A stretch of DNA of 64,000 bases from assembly GCA_965113315.1 (NCBI GenBank), contig OZ220373.1; one strand, given 5' to 3'. The notes under the pieces are model-generated. The model saw only the letters and a list, made by a program, of their open reading frames with translations. It did not search any database and was not told where the DNA came from. Numbering within the stretch: the first letter of the stretch is position 1; each line of letters begins with the position of its first letter. The DNA is from Podarcis vaucheri. Lineage: Eukaryota. The position numbers were made by a program, and so were the translations under genes. Shown piece by piece: positions 49,035 through 62,077 of this stretch.

Positions 49035-51122
49035 GTACGCAGGTTTTTTTTGTTATGACAGGTAGCAAATTGGAATGTTGATGCTACAGTGTCTGTGGAA
49101 AGAACGCATTAATGTTTTTCATAATGATATTATCTTTGGAAAGATGCTATCCATTTTCATCTTTTCCATTATATATGTTATATGTAAATTTAGCAGCTTG
49201 GGTGTTTTTTTAATGTAACTTTTGTTGAATATTTAGGTGGTGATCTGAGTGTATTAACATAACCTTGGGAGGCTGAACAGTTATCATGCCACTTTATGAA
49301 ACACTTAATTACCTTATACAGCGATTTTGCTGAGGGCTAAAATTAAATCCTTCTATATCTTGCCATTATGCAACTAAGGCAATTGATTTTTCCCTAAATA
49401 ATGTTATATTAAAAGGATTATGATCCAGATATTGGAGGCAAGGGCCGTGAAGGGAGACGGTCAGAAGCTGCTTAAGTGTTAGGGCTTTTTAAGATTGCCT
49501 ATTACTAACAGAGTTAACATGTATTAAAATATCATTAAAATTTTAAGTAATTGGGGCTAATACCTTGGATTGTCTGAATCTGTTTCTTCCACTTCTGTCA
49601 GCAAGTGGCCTCTGCAGACATGATCGCCCTTTTACTCTGTAGCCTGCTGCCAGCTCACTTGATGAGTTTGCAGCTCAGCTCAGCTCAGTCGTGGCTGACA
49701 GCGCTGATTGGGGCGNNNNNNNNNNNNNNNNNNNNNNNNNNNNNNNNNNNNNNNNNNNNNNNNNNNNNNNNNNNNNNNNNNNNNNNNNNNNNNNNNNNNN
49801 NNNNNNNNNNNNNNNNNNNNNNNNNNNNNNNNNNNNNNNNNNNNNNNNNNNNNNNNNNNNNNNNNNNNNNNNNNNNNNNNNNNNNNNNNNNNNNNNNNNN
49901 NNNNNNNNNNNNNNNNNNNNNNNNNNNNNNNNNNNNNNNNNNNGTAAAATTTTTTCATTAGATTAACATCTGAAACTCTTAAGCAGTAAGGTAAACAATG
50001 ATTACCTATCAAAACTGAGTAATGAAATAAGTTTGCCCTGAAAAATCATATCTTCAAATTAGAAATTTGTATGTATTGAAAATAGTTTACTTTTACTAAA
50101 GAAATATTGGGTTTACATTGAATTATTTCTGGAATGAATGCTGCCATTTAAGTCTCAGGAACTAAAGAGGTAAGTAGAGATATAACATGAAGAAGAATTG
50201 TAGATAGATGGTTGCATTTCCAGTTAGAGCAAAGCAAGTTGGAAAATGAGAATGGATTTGCATATTTCTCACATTGCTAAGTTTGTATTAATACTCTGCT
50301 GTGGGGCTGTTTCTTTCCCCATTTAAACATGGTTCCTAGAAATAATAGCATAATGCCAATGCTTACTTTAACAAATATATTAGCAAATGTATACAGATTT
50401 ATGGCTAAATTCCCCCCCTTCCTTAATAATCAAATGTAATTGTTTTAATTATATAGTACAGAAATTTTTGTTCAGTTTTAATGATTGGTTCATGTATCAT
50501 GCTTCTGAAATCATGCCATGTAATTTAGTTTAGCCATTCCCAATCTTGGGTCCCCAGATGTTGTTGGACTACGTCATCCACTGGACTTGCTGGCTAGGGA
50601 TGGTGGAAGTTGTAGTGCAACAATATCCGAGGAGCCCAGGCTGGGAAAGATTGATTTAGGTGCATGGGATCTGTAAAAGGTTTAGTGTTTAGTGGGTTGC
50701 AAAATGCAACTGTCTGCATAGCCCATGGCACATGCTTATAGGCCCTGGTTCAGGCATCATGAACAAATCATGGTTTAGCCACCAGGAATGTGGTGCTCCA
50801 TGTCTCCTTGTGAGCACTGATTCTCTGTTCCACATCATGGCTTGTGGTGATGTATTAGACAAATTATGGTTGATGAATTATGATGAATTAGACAAATTAT
50901 GGTTACTGTTAACATAGCTTGTCTCCAAGCCAGAGCTGAAAACCAACTTTAAACCATCTCTACTAGGTATGGCTATTGTGCTCCAGAATATGGCAAAGGA
51001 AACTGGTGTATACAAATTGGAGCATTCAAGCCCATAGTACTCCCCAATAGAAGACTTCTGGTTTCTTTGCTCATTCTTACAAAAGGAGGAGCCAGGAGGC
51101 TTTGTGTAACACCCAGAGGCTC

Positions 51123-51484
51123 GTAAAGGTAAAGGGACCCCTGGCAGTTAAGTCCAGTCGTGGACGACTCTGGGGATGCAGTGCTCATCTTGCTTTATTG
51201 GCCGAGGTAGCCAGCATTTGTTCGCAGACAGCTCAGGTCATGTGGCCAGCATGACTAAGCCACTTCTGACAAACTAGAGTAGAGCATGGAAACACCATTT
51301 ACCTTCCCTCCAGAGTGGTACCTATTTATCTACTTGCACTTTGACGTGCTTTCAAACTGCTAGGTTGTCAGGAGCAGGGACCAAGCAACGGGAGCTCACC
51401 CCATCGCAGGGATTCGAACCGCCAACCTTCTGATCGGCAAAGCCCTAGGTTCAGTGGTTTAGACCACAGTGCCACCCACGTCCC
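51123..51484 (-). mobile_element. Sauria SINE, full length
   Basis: (ACCTTT)n tail appears as gtaaaggtaaagg; tRNA-like head with B-box (ggattcgaacc on the + strand); 10-bp TSD ccagaggctc at 51113-51122 and 51488-51497. Confidence 0.9.
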
Positions 51485-51658
51485 TATCCAGAGGCTCATA
51501 CCTGTTCACTAATTTGATATACAGTCAACACTACACAGCCTTTTGAAAGAGCTGTAAATAGGTTAATAATAATGCTATTGATAATAATATAACATTAGCT
51601 CATTTTATAGATTTTATAACTTTCTCTTGAGTTTCTTATGCATGTATATTATATTTAG

Positions 51659-51827
51659 TGACTTGGATGGCACAGAAGAGAATAAAGTGGAATCTCAGAC
51701 AGCTCTAGCTTCTTCAAATTCAGAATCTAGTTCGGCTGAGGAAAGTTCTTCAGACTCCAGCTCAGAATCTGACTCTGAAAGTAGTTTGGAGACTCGAAAA
51801 AAAGTGCATACTTCACTTCCTCCCAAG
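51659..51827 (+). CDS. AP3B1: AP3B1 exon 20 (169 nt) DLDGTEENKVESQTALASSNSESSSAEESSSDSSSESDSESSLETRKKVHTSLPPK
   Basis: atatttag acceptor, AAG|gtatat donor, phase 2/0. Confidence 0.88.
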
Positions 51828-52640
51828 GTATATCTTTAATGTTATATAAGTGTTCATAAGTAGAGTTATTGAAGGTGCATTTTGATTGCCTTTATGACGT
51901 GTAGAACCAGGACATATCAGGAAATGTGTAGATTTGTATTCTTTGTTTTTGATTGGAGGTCCTTTGCAAAAACATTTATTGCAAGTTAATGAAAATTAAT
52001 ATGCTGTTACTTTGCAATTCTAGAAGGAGGAGACTTTTTATAGGTGATGATTAACCACTGCACAATACACTAATGGAATATGTCTCAGTTTCTGTTATAT
52101 AAAATATATGTTGTAAAGCACAAGAAATTATAGAAGCCTTTTTCACTGGAGATGAACAAATGCAAAGTGATAAAAATTCTGATTATAATATTCAGTCAGT
52201 GATGTTTTGTTGAGCTTACATATCTGTATAAACTTTTATCTGAAAATTTACAGTCCAGGGTTTAGATTCCCATCATTCTCAGAGGTTTATGTTTGGTAGC
52301 CACATTGAAAGTAAAGGATATAATCTAGTAAAAATGAATAGTGGATAGTTCCACAGTGGTATATATTGTAATATTAGCCTCTTTTAAGTATAAACGCTTA
52401 ATCACTGTCTGTACTCTTACTTTCACCAACATGATTTGGATTTAATTTGCAAACTTGTGCAGCAGTCCTTGTAGTTTTTGGCAGTAGTAGAGTGGCCAGA
52501 CTACGTAGAGAGAATGAAGGCCTCCATTTGATTTTTTTTCTTCTTACAATCAAGTGGTATATAAATTTTATGAAATGAATTATATTGAGACATTTATGGC
52601 AGTGAGTTAAATAGCCTAAGGTTTGTATGGTCGGAATTCT

Positions 52641-52668
52641 TGATGATGATGATGATGATGATGATGAT
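52641..52668. repeat. (GAT)n microsatellite
   Basis: Direct reading. Confidence 0.95.
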
Positions 52669-53499
52669 AGTCACACAGATTGTAGATTTCTTATGCCCAA
52701 TTAATAGAAGTCTCATTTTCACACCCTTGTAGACATGTTTTGACACAAGATCCAATAAATTTAGTCCTAAGTTGCCACTGGTGACTGGGAAACACTTCTT
52801 GGTGACAGCCTGCCCAACTGAGACACTTTCCCCTTTGAAACACAGTTCCTTCGGAATTTTCAAAAGGGAAGGGTTATTTATTCATTCACCTTTTTGAACA
52901 CTTGGAAGCAGTAAGAATCAGCCTTGCTGCCAGGTATGAAGTGAAAAGCTTACCTCTCTGCTGAGTCCTCTGCACCTACCAGAGAACTGGGGGGAGGGGT
53001 GATTGTCGCAGACACAAGAAATGACTGGCTACTAAGGGCAATAAAAATGTGTGGGTCTCTGGCAAATGCATATATATATGAGAACAACTACAGGTGGCAG
53101 TGAAAATAGTGTTGCTGAAGCATATCTAAAGTACATAAAGGGGCCCACAAAAATCATAGTTTGGAAGGTTGTGGTATGCTTAATTGGTGCCAGATGATAA
53201 GCACTGCAACCATGCTTATAAAAGCTTAACTGTGACTGACTCGCAAATACTGAAGGTTGTATTTTATGGCCAGTTAAAAACAAGATACCTGTTGTCATGG
53301 TCGGTGAGAACAAACTGCATAAAGCCACCTTTGCCTCCCAACATGAAAGCTTTGCTTCAGTACTTGATAGTAGTGGCAAAATTGTGTTTTGATCTCGCAT
53401 TTCTGTGTAGTAATTGCAGTGAGAAGAGCAGCACAAATAGCTAAATCTATCAACAATTATATTTAATAGGCAAACTGCCTTTAATAGTGTCAAATAGTT

Positions 53500-54170
53500 G
53501 GTCATTCAGATGAAGTATTGTCTACTCCTGATGGACAACAATTCTCCACTAGCCCTGTAGGGACCCACAGGGTTTCATCTTGTCTCCCATGCTCTTTAGC
53601 ATCTATATGAAACCACCTGTAGAGCTCATTGGGGTATTTGGAGTGAGGCGTCATCAACAGGCAGATGACTCCCAGTTCTTTCACTTTATCAAATGAATCA
53701 GTCCAGGCTGTTCACTCCGTAAACCAATGTATGGATTGCATAATGTCCTGTGGATTGCTGATTCCCATGTTCAAGAATTGGGTAGATAGCTCTTATGGAT
53801 GTAGTTGCACTTCCTTCAAAATAACAGGCCTGCTGTGGAATTGGTTAGATAGCCTTATCACTGGCTGCACAAACTGCTTCAACAGCAAAGAACAGCTTTT
53901 CCTGGTTTACCATCTACAGCTGTTCCTGGACAGGGATACTCTTCCCACTGCGAGCCATATGCTGGTTAACTTCCTGATATGATTACTGTAATATGCTCTG
54001 TGTAGGGCTGTCCTTGAGAATGGTCTGGAAGCCACAGCCTATGCAAAAAGTGGCAGCCAGATTACGGAGTGCTACAGTTCCAGAGGGTCATATGATCCTG
54101 AGAAAGTTGCACTGGCTGCTAATCTGCTACAGAGACAAATGACTTAGAAAGCTCTAAGCAGCTTAAAATA
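53500..54170 (+). mobile_element. L2-clade LINE fragment (RT to C-terminal region)
   Basis: Degenerate PQG..LSPMLF.IYMKP, ADDSQ and DYCN.L.VGL.L...Q..AAR motifs. Confidence 0.7.
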
Positions 54171-55662
54171 TTTTAAATAAATAAAATACTAACATATAAT
54201 AATGATGAACAGTCTTCCTTTTTGGCTAAATGCCTAATCACAATACAGTTATGCTATAACTGTGAGGAAATACTAATTTTATAAAGGTGCAGCTTCTTAG
54301 ATTTTTAGAGCAGAGTGTAAGTGAGTTACATTCCAAGCCCATGTAAGAGTAAGTTCCACTGAAATCAGTGAGGTTTCCTTGTAGGTAGAAAAAGTGTATA
54401 ATTGGAATAAGGAGGTTTTCAGTTTGGGTTTGCACTCTTTGATGGATCATTACGCTCTTTCTTTACCTGCATAATTGCTGTTTTCTAAACCTTGCAGATG
54501 AAATATACCCAGATTAACATGGTTTAGAAACATTGCTGGAGTAATTGCTTCACTTTCCCTTTATTTGATTTTTTGAACGTCAGTCCCTTTCATGTCCTGT
54601 GTTTTTTTAAAAAATAAATATTTTTCTCTAGTTATAAAATATACTATCAGTCTCTGTTTTGTTTTTGCTTCCTGTTTTCCTCTACAATTATGTTTTAATC
54701 AGTATTGGGAACAAGATACAATGTTGTGCCACTTCAGAATAAATTTCCATGAGTCAGAATGTTGATCCCACAGCTTTACATTCTGAGATCAACTGAAGAG
54801 GAATAGCAGTGCTCTGAACTTCCATTAAATCTAACAAACAGTCATTGGTTTCAACATCCAGCTATATCCAGGGTAACTACCTGGCTCTTAGTCTCCCTGT
54901 GACTTTCCAGATAAGTATCATTAATGAGGGCTTCCAAATTTCTGTCCCAAAATACAATATCATTCCTGGTGGTTGGCCGTGCTTGCTGGGGCTGATGGAA
55001 CTTGGGAGACTGTAACATCTGGAAGGCTGCAAGTTCCCCACCACCGTTATACGCATACCCTTGTGGAAGCAAGTCCCATTAAACTCAGTGGAACTTGTGA
55101 GTAAACAACTATAGGATTACACTACTGTTGACATAATAGCTGTCAAGACAATTAATAGTTTAAGGATTGTAGTAGCTTAGTAACTTGGGAATCTACCATA
55201 TTAAAATACTTAATTGCATATGGACTGTTTAAACAGTGCCCTCTGCTATGTCAGTTAGTAAACTTCTGTTTGTGAAATAGACTGGAGTCCTTTGGTATAA
55301 ATATAACTCTAAAGGTCCTCGCTTAGGGGAAATCAGAATTAACTTTTATTTTAATGATTGTGAGAGAATCTGTGTACATTGAAGCCACCAAACTACATTG
55401 CTGCTTTAAATTTTGACTATTTCTGTATTTTCTTCATTTGAAACGAAAATTTGAAAGGAATCTCTTTTTCCATAAAGGACCCTTCTGTTTAGGTATATAC
55501 TTCAAGTATATACTTTATATATTATAAAATATACTTAAGATGTATTTAATAATGAATGCAAATGTCCTTTGAAGTGACATAAAATTATGAAACATTTTAT
55601 GATATATAAAAACAGTGTTAAGATGGACCTATAATAAAAATGTTAAGATGAAGACATGTTAG

Positions 55663-55817
55663 TCTAATACATGGCTTCTGGTTTGTTTTTTTACAAAACA
55701 AAGGTAAAATGTCTCCTAATAATGAGCATAGTTCCGTATCTAATACATGGCTTCTGGTTTGTTTTTTTACAAAACAAAGGTAAAATGTCTCCTAATAATG
55801 AGCATAGTTCCGTATCT
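55663..55817. repeat. perfect tandem duplication, 2 x 76 bp
   Basis: tctaatacatggcttctgg...gttccgta repeated at 55663 and 55739, with TCT microhomology. Confidence 0.95.
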
Positions 55818-56813
55818 CAAGTGCATTATGCACTTAGAAATACAACTTTCAAACTGTTGTTGTGCCTAACTAAAACACAGCTAGTGATCCTGCTCAGAAA
55901 TAGCGGGGTATTCAGATACATAATCACATACTGTTAAAAATCAGATACAGATTTTAGTATGATGCATGAGTAAATAAGAGCCTATGTAGTGGGATTTTAA
56001 AATCAGTTCCTGTTGGCCTCTTATACAAGCATAATACAGTCACTCAGCTGTTAAAAACCTGATCTACTATTTAAAAAATATATAAAAACAAATTGTCTAT
56101 CTTTCTGCCTGATCTCTTTTCAACTGCTAACACAATGGAAACAGTAGGTGATCAGTCAGTGCATTTGGATTGTCAATGATGGTTTTGTATAAATATTGGA
56201 AGGGCANNNNNNNNNNNNNNNNNNNNNNNNNNNNNNNNNNNNNNNNNNNNNNNNNNNNNNNNNNNNNNNNNNNNNNNNNNNNNNNNNNNNNNNNNNNNNN
56301 NNNNNNNNNNNNNNNNNNNNNNNNNNNNNNNNNNNNNNNNNNNNNNCCTGCTTCAAGTCGTATATGCATTTACCCAGGTTCTATCTCTATTATCAAGATG
56401 AATTGCAAATGGAGAAATGTTTGATGGAATATGGCTTAACTTCTTTGTTTAGCATTCAGCTCTGGATTGCATTCTTTTCTTTAAGGAGGAAACAAGTTTA
56501 TTTTTGTGTGGATTGTAATTTTAAGTAAAGAACAAAAAATCAGTTTTTAAAGCTGTTTCAGTTAAACTATCGGTAAATATTAAACATAAATGTGAGTGAG
56601 TGTGTGTCATGTTCATTTTCTTACATTTAAACTTCTTGTGACCATGGGCAAGTCCAGAACATTGTAACCACAGTTGCCATTTGTAGAAAGGAAAACAGTG
56701 ACATATCTGATTTGATGAGTATGCCATTTTGTATTAGAGAGAACAGGTAGATTTGCTGGGAGGAGCTGACCTGATCCCACTGTGTTCACCTAAATGTTTG
56801 GTATAGCATCATA

Positions 56814-57093
56814 CAGGGCCGTCTTACCCATAAGCACTAGGAGTGCGGGGCAGCCGGGCTCTCAGGGGTGCCAGGCCGAGAGTCCGGGGCCCGAGAGTTG
56901 AGTCTGAGGATGAGCCCGCCTTTTGCTCGGAGCACTGCGGCAGGCTCTTCTCCTGCGGGTGGCTCTGCACCACGAGTTTGGGGGCGACCAAGCCAGCGAG
57001 ACACTGAGGCGACCGGCTGGCTCCGCCCGCCTGCGTGCCTGGGAATGGGCAGATCTTTGCACCCTGGCACCACATATACTTAAGATAGCCCTG
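56814..57093. mobile_element. hAT MITE, GC-rich
   Basis: TIR CAGGGCCGTCTTA / TAAGATAGCCCTG; 8-bp TSD gcatcata / gcatcatc. Confidence 0.85.
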
Positions 57094-57109
57094 GCATCAT
57101 CATAGGCTG

Positions 57110-57600
57110 CAGGGATGAGGGGAGAGTTGCTGTGGTCCATCACACTTCCATATCCAGTGCCAGGAAACTTGGAACTGACTGGGAAGGCCTGCACCTGGTG
57201 TTGGTCAGTAAATTGTAGTTACTGCTTCTGTACCATCCACCTTACTGCCCAGCAGCTTCTCTCACCAAGCTGGCAGAGATGATATTGGGTGTGGTGTCAG
57301 AGGAAACCATAACAATAGTTCTGGATGATTTCAATATCTATGCTGAGGCTGCCCCTAGTGTTCTGGCTGAGGACTTCATGGCCATAATGATGACCATGGA
57401 GGTATCTCCCAAGTTGTCACTGATCTGACACACAGGGCACAGCATACCCTCCATTTAATTTTTGCTCAAGGTGGAGGAAGAGATGGTATGGAGATAGGGG
57501 AAGTAGATCTCACCCCATTGTCATGGTCTGATCACTTCCTGGAGAAGTTCTTACAGCTCCAGTCCTCCACTGGAAGGGTAATGGAAAGATTAAGATGCTG
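57110..57600 (+). mobile_element. L2-clade LINE endonuclease fragment
   Basis: Degenerate LLLYHPP...LDDFNI...WSDHF motifs. Confidence 0.6.
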
Positions 57601-60104
57601 CAGGGGTTGCAGAGGGGAAAGAATAAGGTGAATTGTGCAAGCCGCTCACATTAGGTACAACCCAGATTGAATGAAGTCATAATTAACTATGACTTCCTAA
57701 GTGTTGACTGTCCTAAGACTGTGGCAATGTACATATTCCAGCTAAAATGAGTCCCACTGAAACCAGTTTGAACAACTTGAGTAGCTGTAATGAAATGACA
57801 GGGGGTTGGACTCGATGGCCCTTGTGGTCTCTTCCAACGCTATGATTCTATGAAATCCCATGAACATAAGAATAGCCTGCTGGATTAGGTCAAAGGCTTA
57901 TCTAGTCCAGCATCCTGTTGTCACATTAGCCAATCAGATGCTGTGGGAAATCAGGGAGCAGAACATGAAATCAAGAGCATTCTCCCCTCCTGTAGTTTCC
58001 AGCAACTGGCATTTGGAAGCATTACTGCCTCCAACTGTGGAGGTATTATTTTTTGTGGAACTTAATCACAACTAAATCTGAGCTTATATATTGAATAATG
58101 TGAACTTTTGCCTGAGACTGACTAATTTTCATTTGGGGAATAGAGGTCCAGACTTAGGTCTGGTTGCAGTATCCAGCCATCATTTGTGCTGCCTTGCCCC
58201 CAAACCCAGCTTCTTGCACATATAGATAGAGGAAAAGCAGAGTTTGTCTGTCTATCTCTCTTTTTGCAAACTTTATTGAAAAGTTCAAAAACAATTACCA
58301 AGCAAAACTGTTGTCTTCCAAGAGAAATACATGTACAGATGTTAAGTCTTGTATGCAGTCATCCACATGGAATCAAAACAAACTTGGAAAATCTTTTATA
58401 TTACAAATTCAGCTCACATCCATAGGATATACTTCAATTTAAATCGCTAAGTAATTTCTCCATAGTGTCTTCTGTGACTGAGACAGAAGGAAGATTACTG
58501 TACTATTGTTAATAAACACTATAAATCAAGACCGTATGGAGTCAAGCCATCTTTCTTTGTTATTCCTGTAATCACCTTCCAATGGTGAATTAAGTGTTCA
58601 TAAGTGCTGTATTCCACACATACTGCATCCAAGTTCTTGTGGTGGGAGCTCTATGGTCTAAACCCCCACTGCATACCATTTCAACTAAACTGCAAGAAAC
58701 CTTTTATGAGATGGCACTGGACACCCCTACACCCTTCCAGAGCTAGCCATTTTCTCTCACCCTTATGTTGGACAGGATGTAAGCTTAAAGGCATGTTCCT
58801 CCACATGTGATAGGAGTGCCTATTGCCTAAAAGTTTTTTGGACTTGAATTTTTTTCACTGTCTTCTGCCATTATGGAACAACATCTTGTACCCGATCCCA
58901 TGTTACCCCTGCTGTCAATGGAAAACAATATCAATCCCAATGTAAAGCACAGAAGAGTTGATCTTCTTTCTTAAGACAGCAACGAGACAAATAATTGCAT
59001 CCATTTGGAGACTTTGTCTCTTGTATGCCACCAGGATTCTGCATCCACCCACCTACCCACCCAAAGTTCTTTGCAGTGTGTAGGGAGGTTGGACAAAGAG
59101 TATTCTTATGTCATGCTGAGTTTGTGCAAATAGTCTCCAGGAAAATATTCATGGTTGCCAGAGGTGAGCTGTTGATGGCATTTGTTGAATCCTGTTAAAT
59201 TAAGCTCATGCTCCGAATCATATGCAGTGGGATTCTTTCACCATGCTTCGCATGCGTGCCCTATATACGAGTATTTCTTCCACCACTCAGTGAGAAAAGT
59301 GTCCTACTAATCAACATGTTTGTGGACTCAAATGGCTGATACAGTTCTCTGGAAAATTATGCCAAAATTCATAGTAAATTTTGACAAGGAACTTTATTCC
59401 CAGGCTGTGGTGTATAGGCATGGTTCTTTGTCCTTCTCCCTTCTTACACCTGCTTGTATAATTATTTATTTGAGTTTCAACTATAGATGCAATAATATAT
59501 AAACTCTGTTAATTTTATTCTCCCAAAGAGATGAATTTATCAGGTCTCTTGCTACTCTGAAAATGCTTTGATGATCTGGATCTAATGAAGTCTCAGTTCT
59601 CTTGAGAACTAAAGATCTCTGGGTTTTATGCCTAGTCTTGTATGGCAGCAGCTCTCAGCTGATTAGGTCACATGTCCAAAGAGAAAAGAAGTAGTGAGAC
59701 CAGTTGCGGTTGTTGAGAAAAGTTTGACGTTACTGCAAACTCAAGGACCATAGGATTACAGGAAATAAAAGACTGCTAATTGATAATGTGAAAAGTTAGA
59801 TCAAAGCCACCACAAATGTTTTTTTTTAAAACTAAAAGAAAAATAGAGTGATAGCACAGCTAATTGCTTAGAGCAGGACATTGACCTGCCGTTGAAGCAG
59901 AGTTGTATTGGTGTTGCAAGAACACTGGGAGATAACATCAAAGAAATGGTGTTGAAAAGGCAAGCAGGATTCTTTTATCTGAATTCCTATGTAGCGAATA
60001 TTAAAACGGTTGAGCCCAATTACATTCTTTCTTGGATAAGTCTCTGCAGTGTTCTTACACATTTTTTTCAAAAAAAGTATTAAACATTCATATACTTTTG
60101 GCAG

Positions 60105-60177
60105 AAAGAAGAGAAAGCTTCACAAGAGAAGAGAGCGCCTACTAAGCAAGATGTGCCACTCTTGGATTTGGACGACT
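60105..60177 (+). CDS. AP3B1: AP3B1 exon 21 (73 nt) KEEKASQEKRAPTKQDVPLLDLDD(F), contains the clathrin box
   Basis: cttttggcag acceptor, ACT|gtaagt donor, phase 0/1; LLDLD motif. Confidence 0.94.
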
Positions 60178-61479
60178 GTAAGTACTCCAGATGTTTGCCC
60201 TTTCAAATGATATTTTGATGTCCATGAAAGTTAAAGCATTTGACTTAGATCCTAACTAAAGCTTCCCTTGTGGGAGTGCCCCATGAGCAGAGTTCTGCCA
60301 ATGGGATGCTCCCACCAGCAGAAGAAAGGCAGCATTTTTTTACACTCCTTTTCCCTGCAACCTCTTCGCCTTTCCAAACTGTTGCTGAAGGATCGGGGAA
60401 AGCAGTTATTTCCACTTACAGAAGCAATCCATCATTTTGCAGGGGGCTAGTTAGGATCCAAGTCATTGTATTTAAATTTCAAAAGGCCTGAAATAATACT
60501 GTCTGTCTCATATAAAGATATAATGGAATATTTATGTGTACTCTATGCATTTGTCATTGTATAAGAGCATAACACACTTAAAAAAAAACCCTGGACAGCC
60601 TACTTGAACAATGCATGCTCTTTAAACAGATTCTTTCTGAACAATTTAGCTTTAAATGTGGGGAGTCTCTCTTCTCTTGTCTCTTAAGATTTAAAGCTTA
60701 TATGTTTTCAGCCTATATCAAATGCATTTCTTAGCGCATTGTAATACTGTTACACCATTTTATTTTTAAATAAGTACCTTTTTATAAATGAATAGCTTTC
60801 CATAGCAAGGTAGCAGTGAGACGCATGGTATCTGGAAATCATACTGAGGTCTCATTCAGAAAGATTGTATTTTCAAAGGTTGTAAATCTCTATGTGTTAG
60901 TAATACAAAACTGTTTAATAGCCTCAAGCACAGAAATATGGAAAGCATAAAAGCTAGAGATGAGTGTGGTTTTGTTTTTCCATAGGTTGGATACAGAGAT
61001 TAGCACGCTAAATAGAGCTAGCAAATTGTGACACACACTCACACAGACACACACACCCAGCCCCACTATGTTTCACCAAGGATTGGAGGACCTTGCTGGG
61101 AGGCTCTGGCTCAGGGCAAATGAGGAAGGGGCATCTTCCAGGAGTGGCATTCCCACTGAGGTGGCTGCCGTGGCTATCCCTATTTTGTGCTGTTAGCTCT
61201 TACTCCACCTCCTATGTGTTTAGAAAATTCAGAGACTCTTACTTTTATGTCTGAATTCTCAGAATAAACAAGGTTCATTTAAAAAAAGAAGCTTTCATCT
61301 TTATATAAAAACAAAGCATAGAATCTAGCATTCTAAGAATAAGCAAGTAATCTACTAACATTAATTTCCACATAGTTTACCTTTAGTTTGGAACATGGTG
61401 TGTGGTGGTTGGGGAGGTGTATACACGCCTTCCCATACACAGTAACTTAAGACATATGTTGACGTACAATCCCGTAAAT

Positions 61480-61681
61480 CAGAGTTTTCCAAACTGTCAC
61501 AACATGCTAGTGTGTTGGCTGCCGTGTGTAGGTTTATTGCGTGAACACACCCTGCTCTCCTCCTGGGGCTGGAAAGGGGCTAGTTTGACCTCAGGTTTGC
61601 TAGTAAAACTGAATTACTGTGCCATGAAATTAAACATATCTAACAGGTGTGTCACCAACATGAAAAGTTTGGAAAGCTCTG
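61480..61681. mobile_element. hAT MITE
   Basis: TIR CAGAGTTTTCCAAACT / AGTTTGGAAAGCTCTG; degenerate 8-bp TSD ccgtaaat / ccataatt. Confidence 0.8.
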
Positions 61682-61840
61682 CCATAATTTTTAAAAATTA
61701 AACATTTTTATTAAAATGTGTAGGATAAAGTACGTGTCTAGTTACTGAATTGTTCAAGTTTAAGATGCCAGAAAACCATACTCTTACCAATTTAATTTAC
61801 TTAAATATAACTATCCTTCTCAACTGCTTATTTTCTGCAG

Positions 61841-61947
61841 TCAGTCCTGTATCAACTACTACATCACTCCACAAGCCAACTACTCTTACTCCTACTTTAG
61901 CAGCTGACTTAGAAGGTTTAAGTTTATCAAGTTCTTCAGTCATTGAT
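61841..61947 (+). CDS. AP3B1: AP3B1 exon 22 (107 nt) SPVSTTTSLHKPTTLTPTLAADLEGLSLSSSSVID
   Basis: ttttctgcag acceptor, GAT|gtaagt donor, phase 1/0; ADLEGL motif. Confidence 0.93.
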
Positions 61948-62077
61948 GTAAGTTATATTTTTCATTTACTGACTTATTTTTCTCACTCATTTTCTGTTTT
62001 AAGGTGAACTTGTATCTTGATCTATAATGGACTTGCAGACCATTCAATAATACTTCATTTCATTTTTAAATACAGAT

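Larger units (their letters stand above)
1677..61947 (+). other. AP3B1: AP3B1 gene, internal part (20 coding exons, equivalent to human exons 3-22); 5' and 3' ends lie outside the window
   Basis: Manually spliced exons, all AG/GT bounded with consistent phases, total 2397 nt with no stop. The translation matches beta-3A adaptin as recalled ([13 protein letters not shown]...IKKLVYVYL...[19 protein letters not shown]...LLDLDDF). [12 protein letters not shown] and KSEAG features fit AP3B1 better than AP3B2. Confidence 0.96.

Noticed and set aside
51390-51484. tRNA-like sequence (B-box)
   Set aside because: It is the head of the Sauria SINE, not a tRNA gene.
1752-61840. U12-type or non-canonical introns
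   Set aside because: All 19 introns are GT-AG and none has the GTATCCTT U12 donor.
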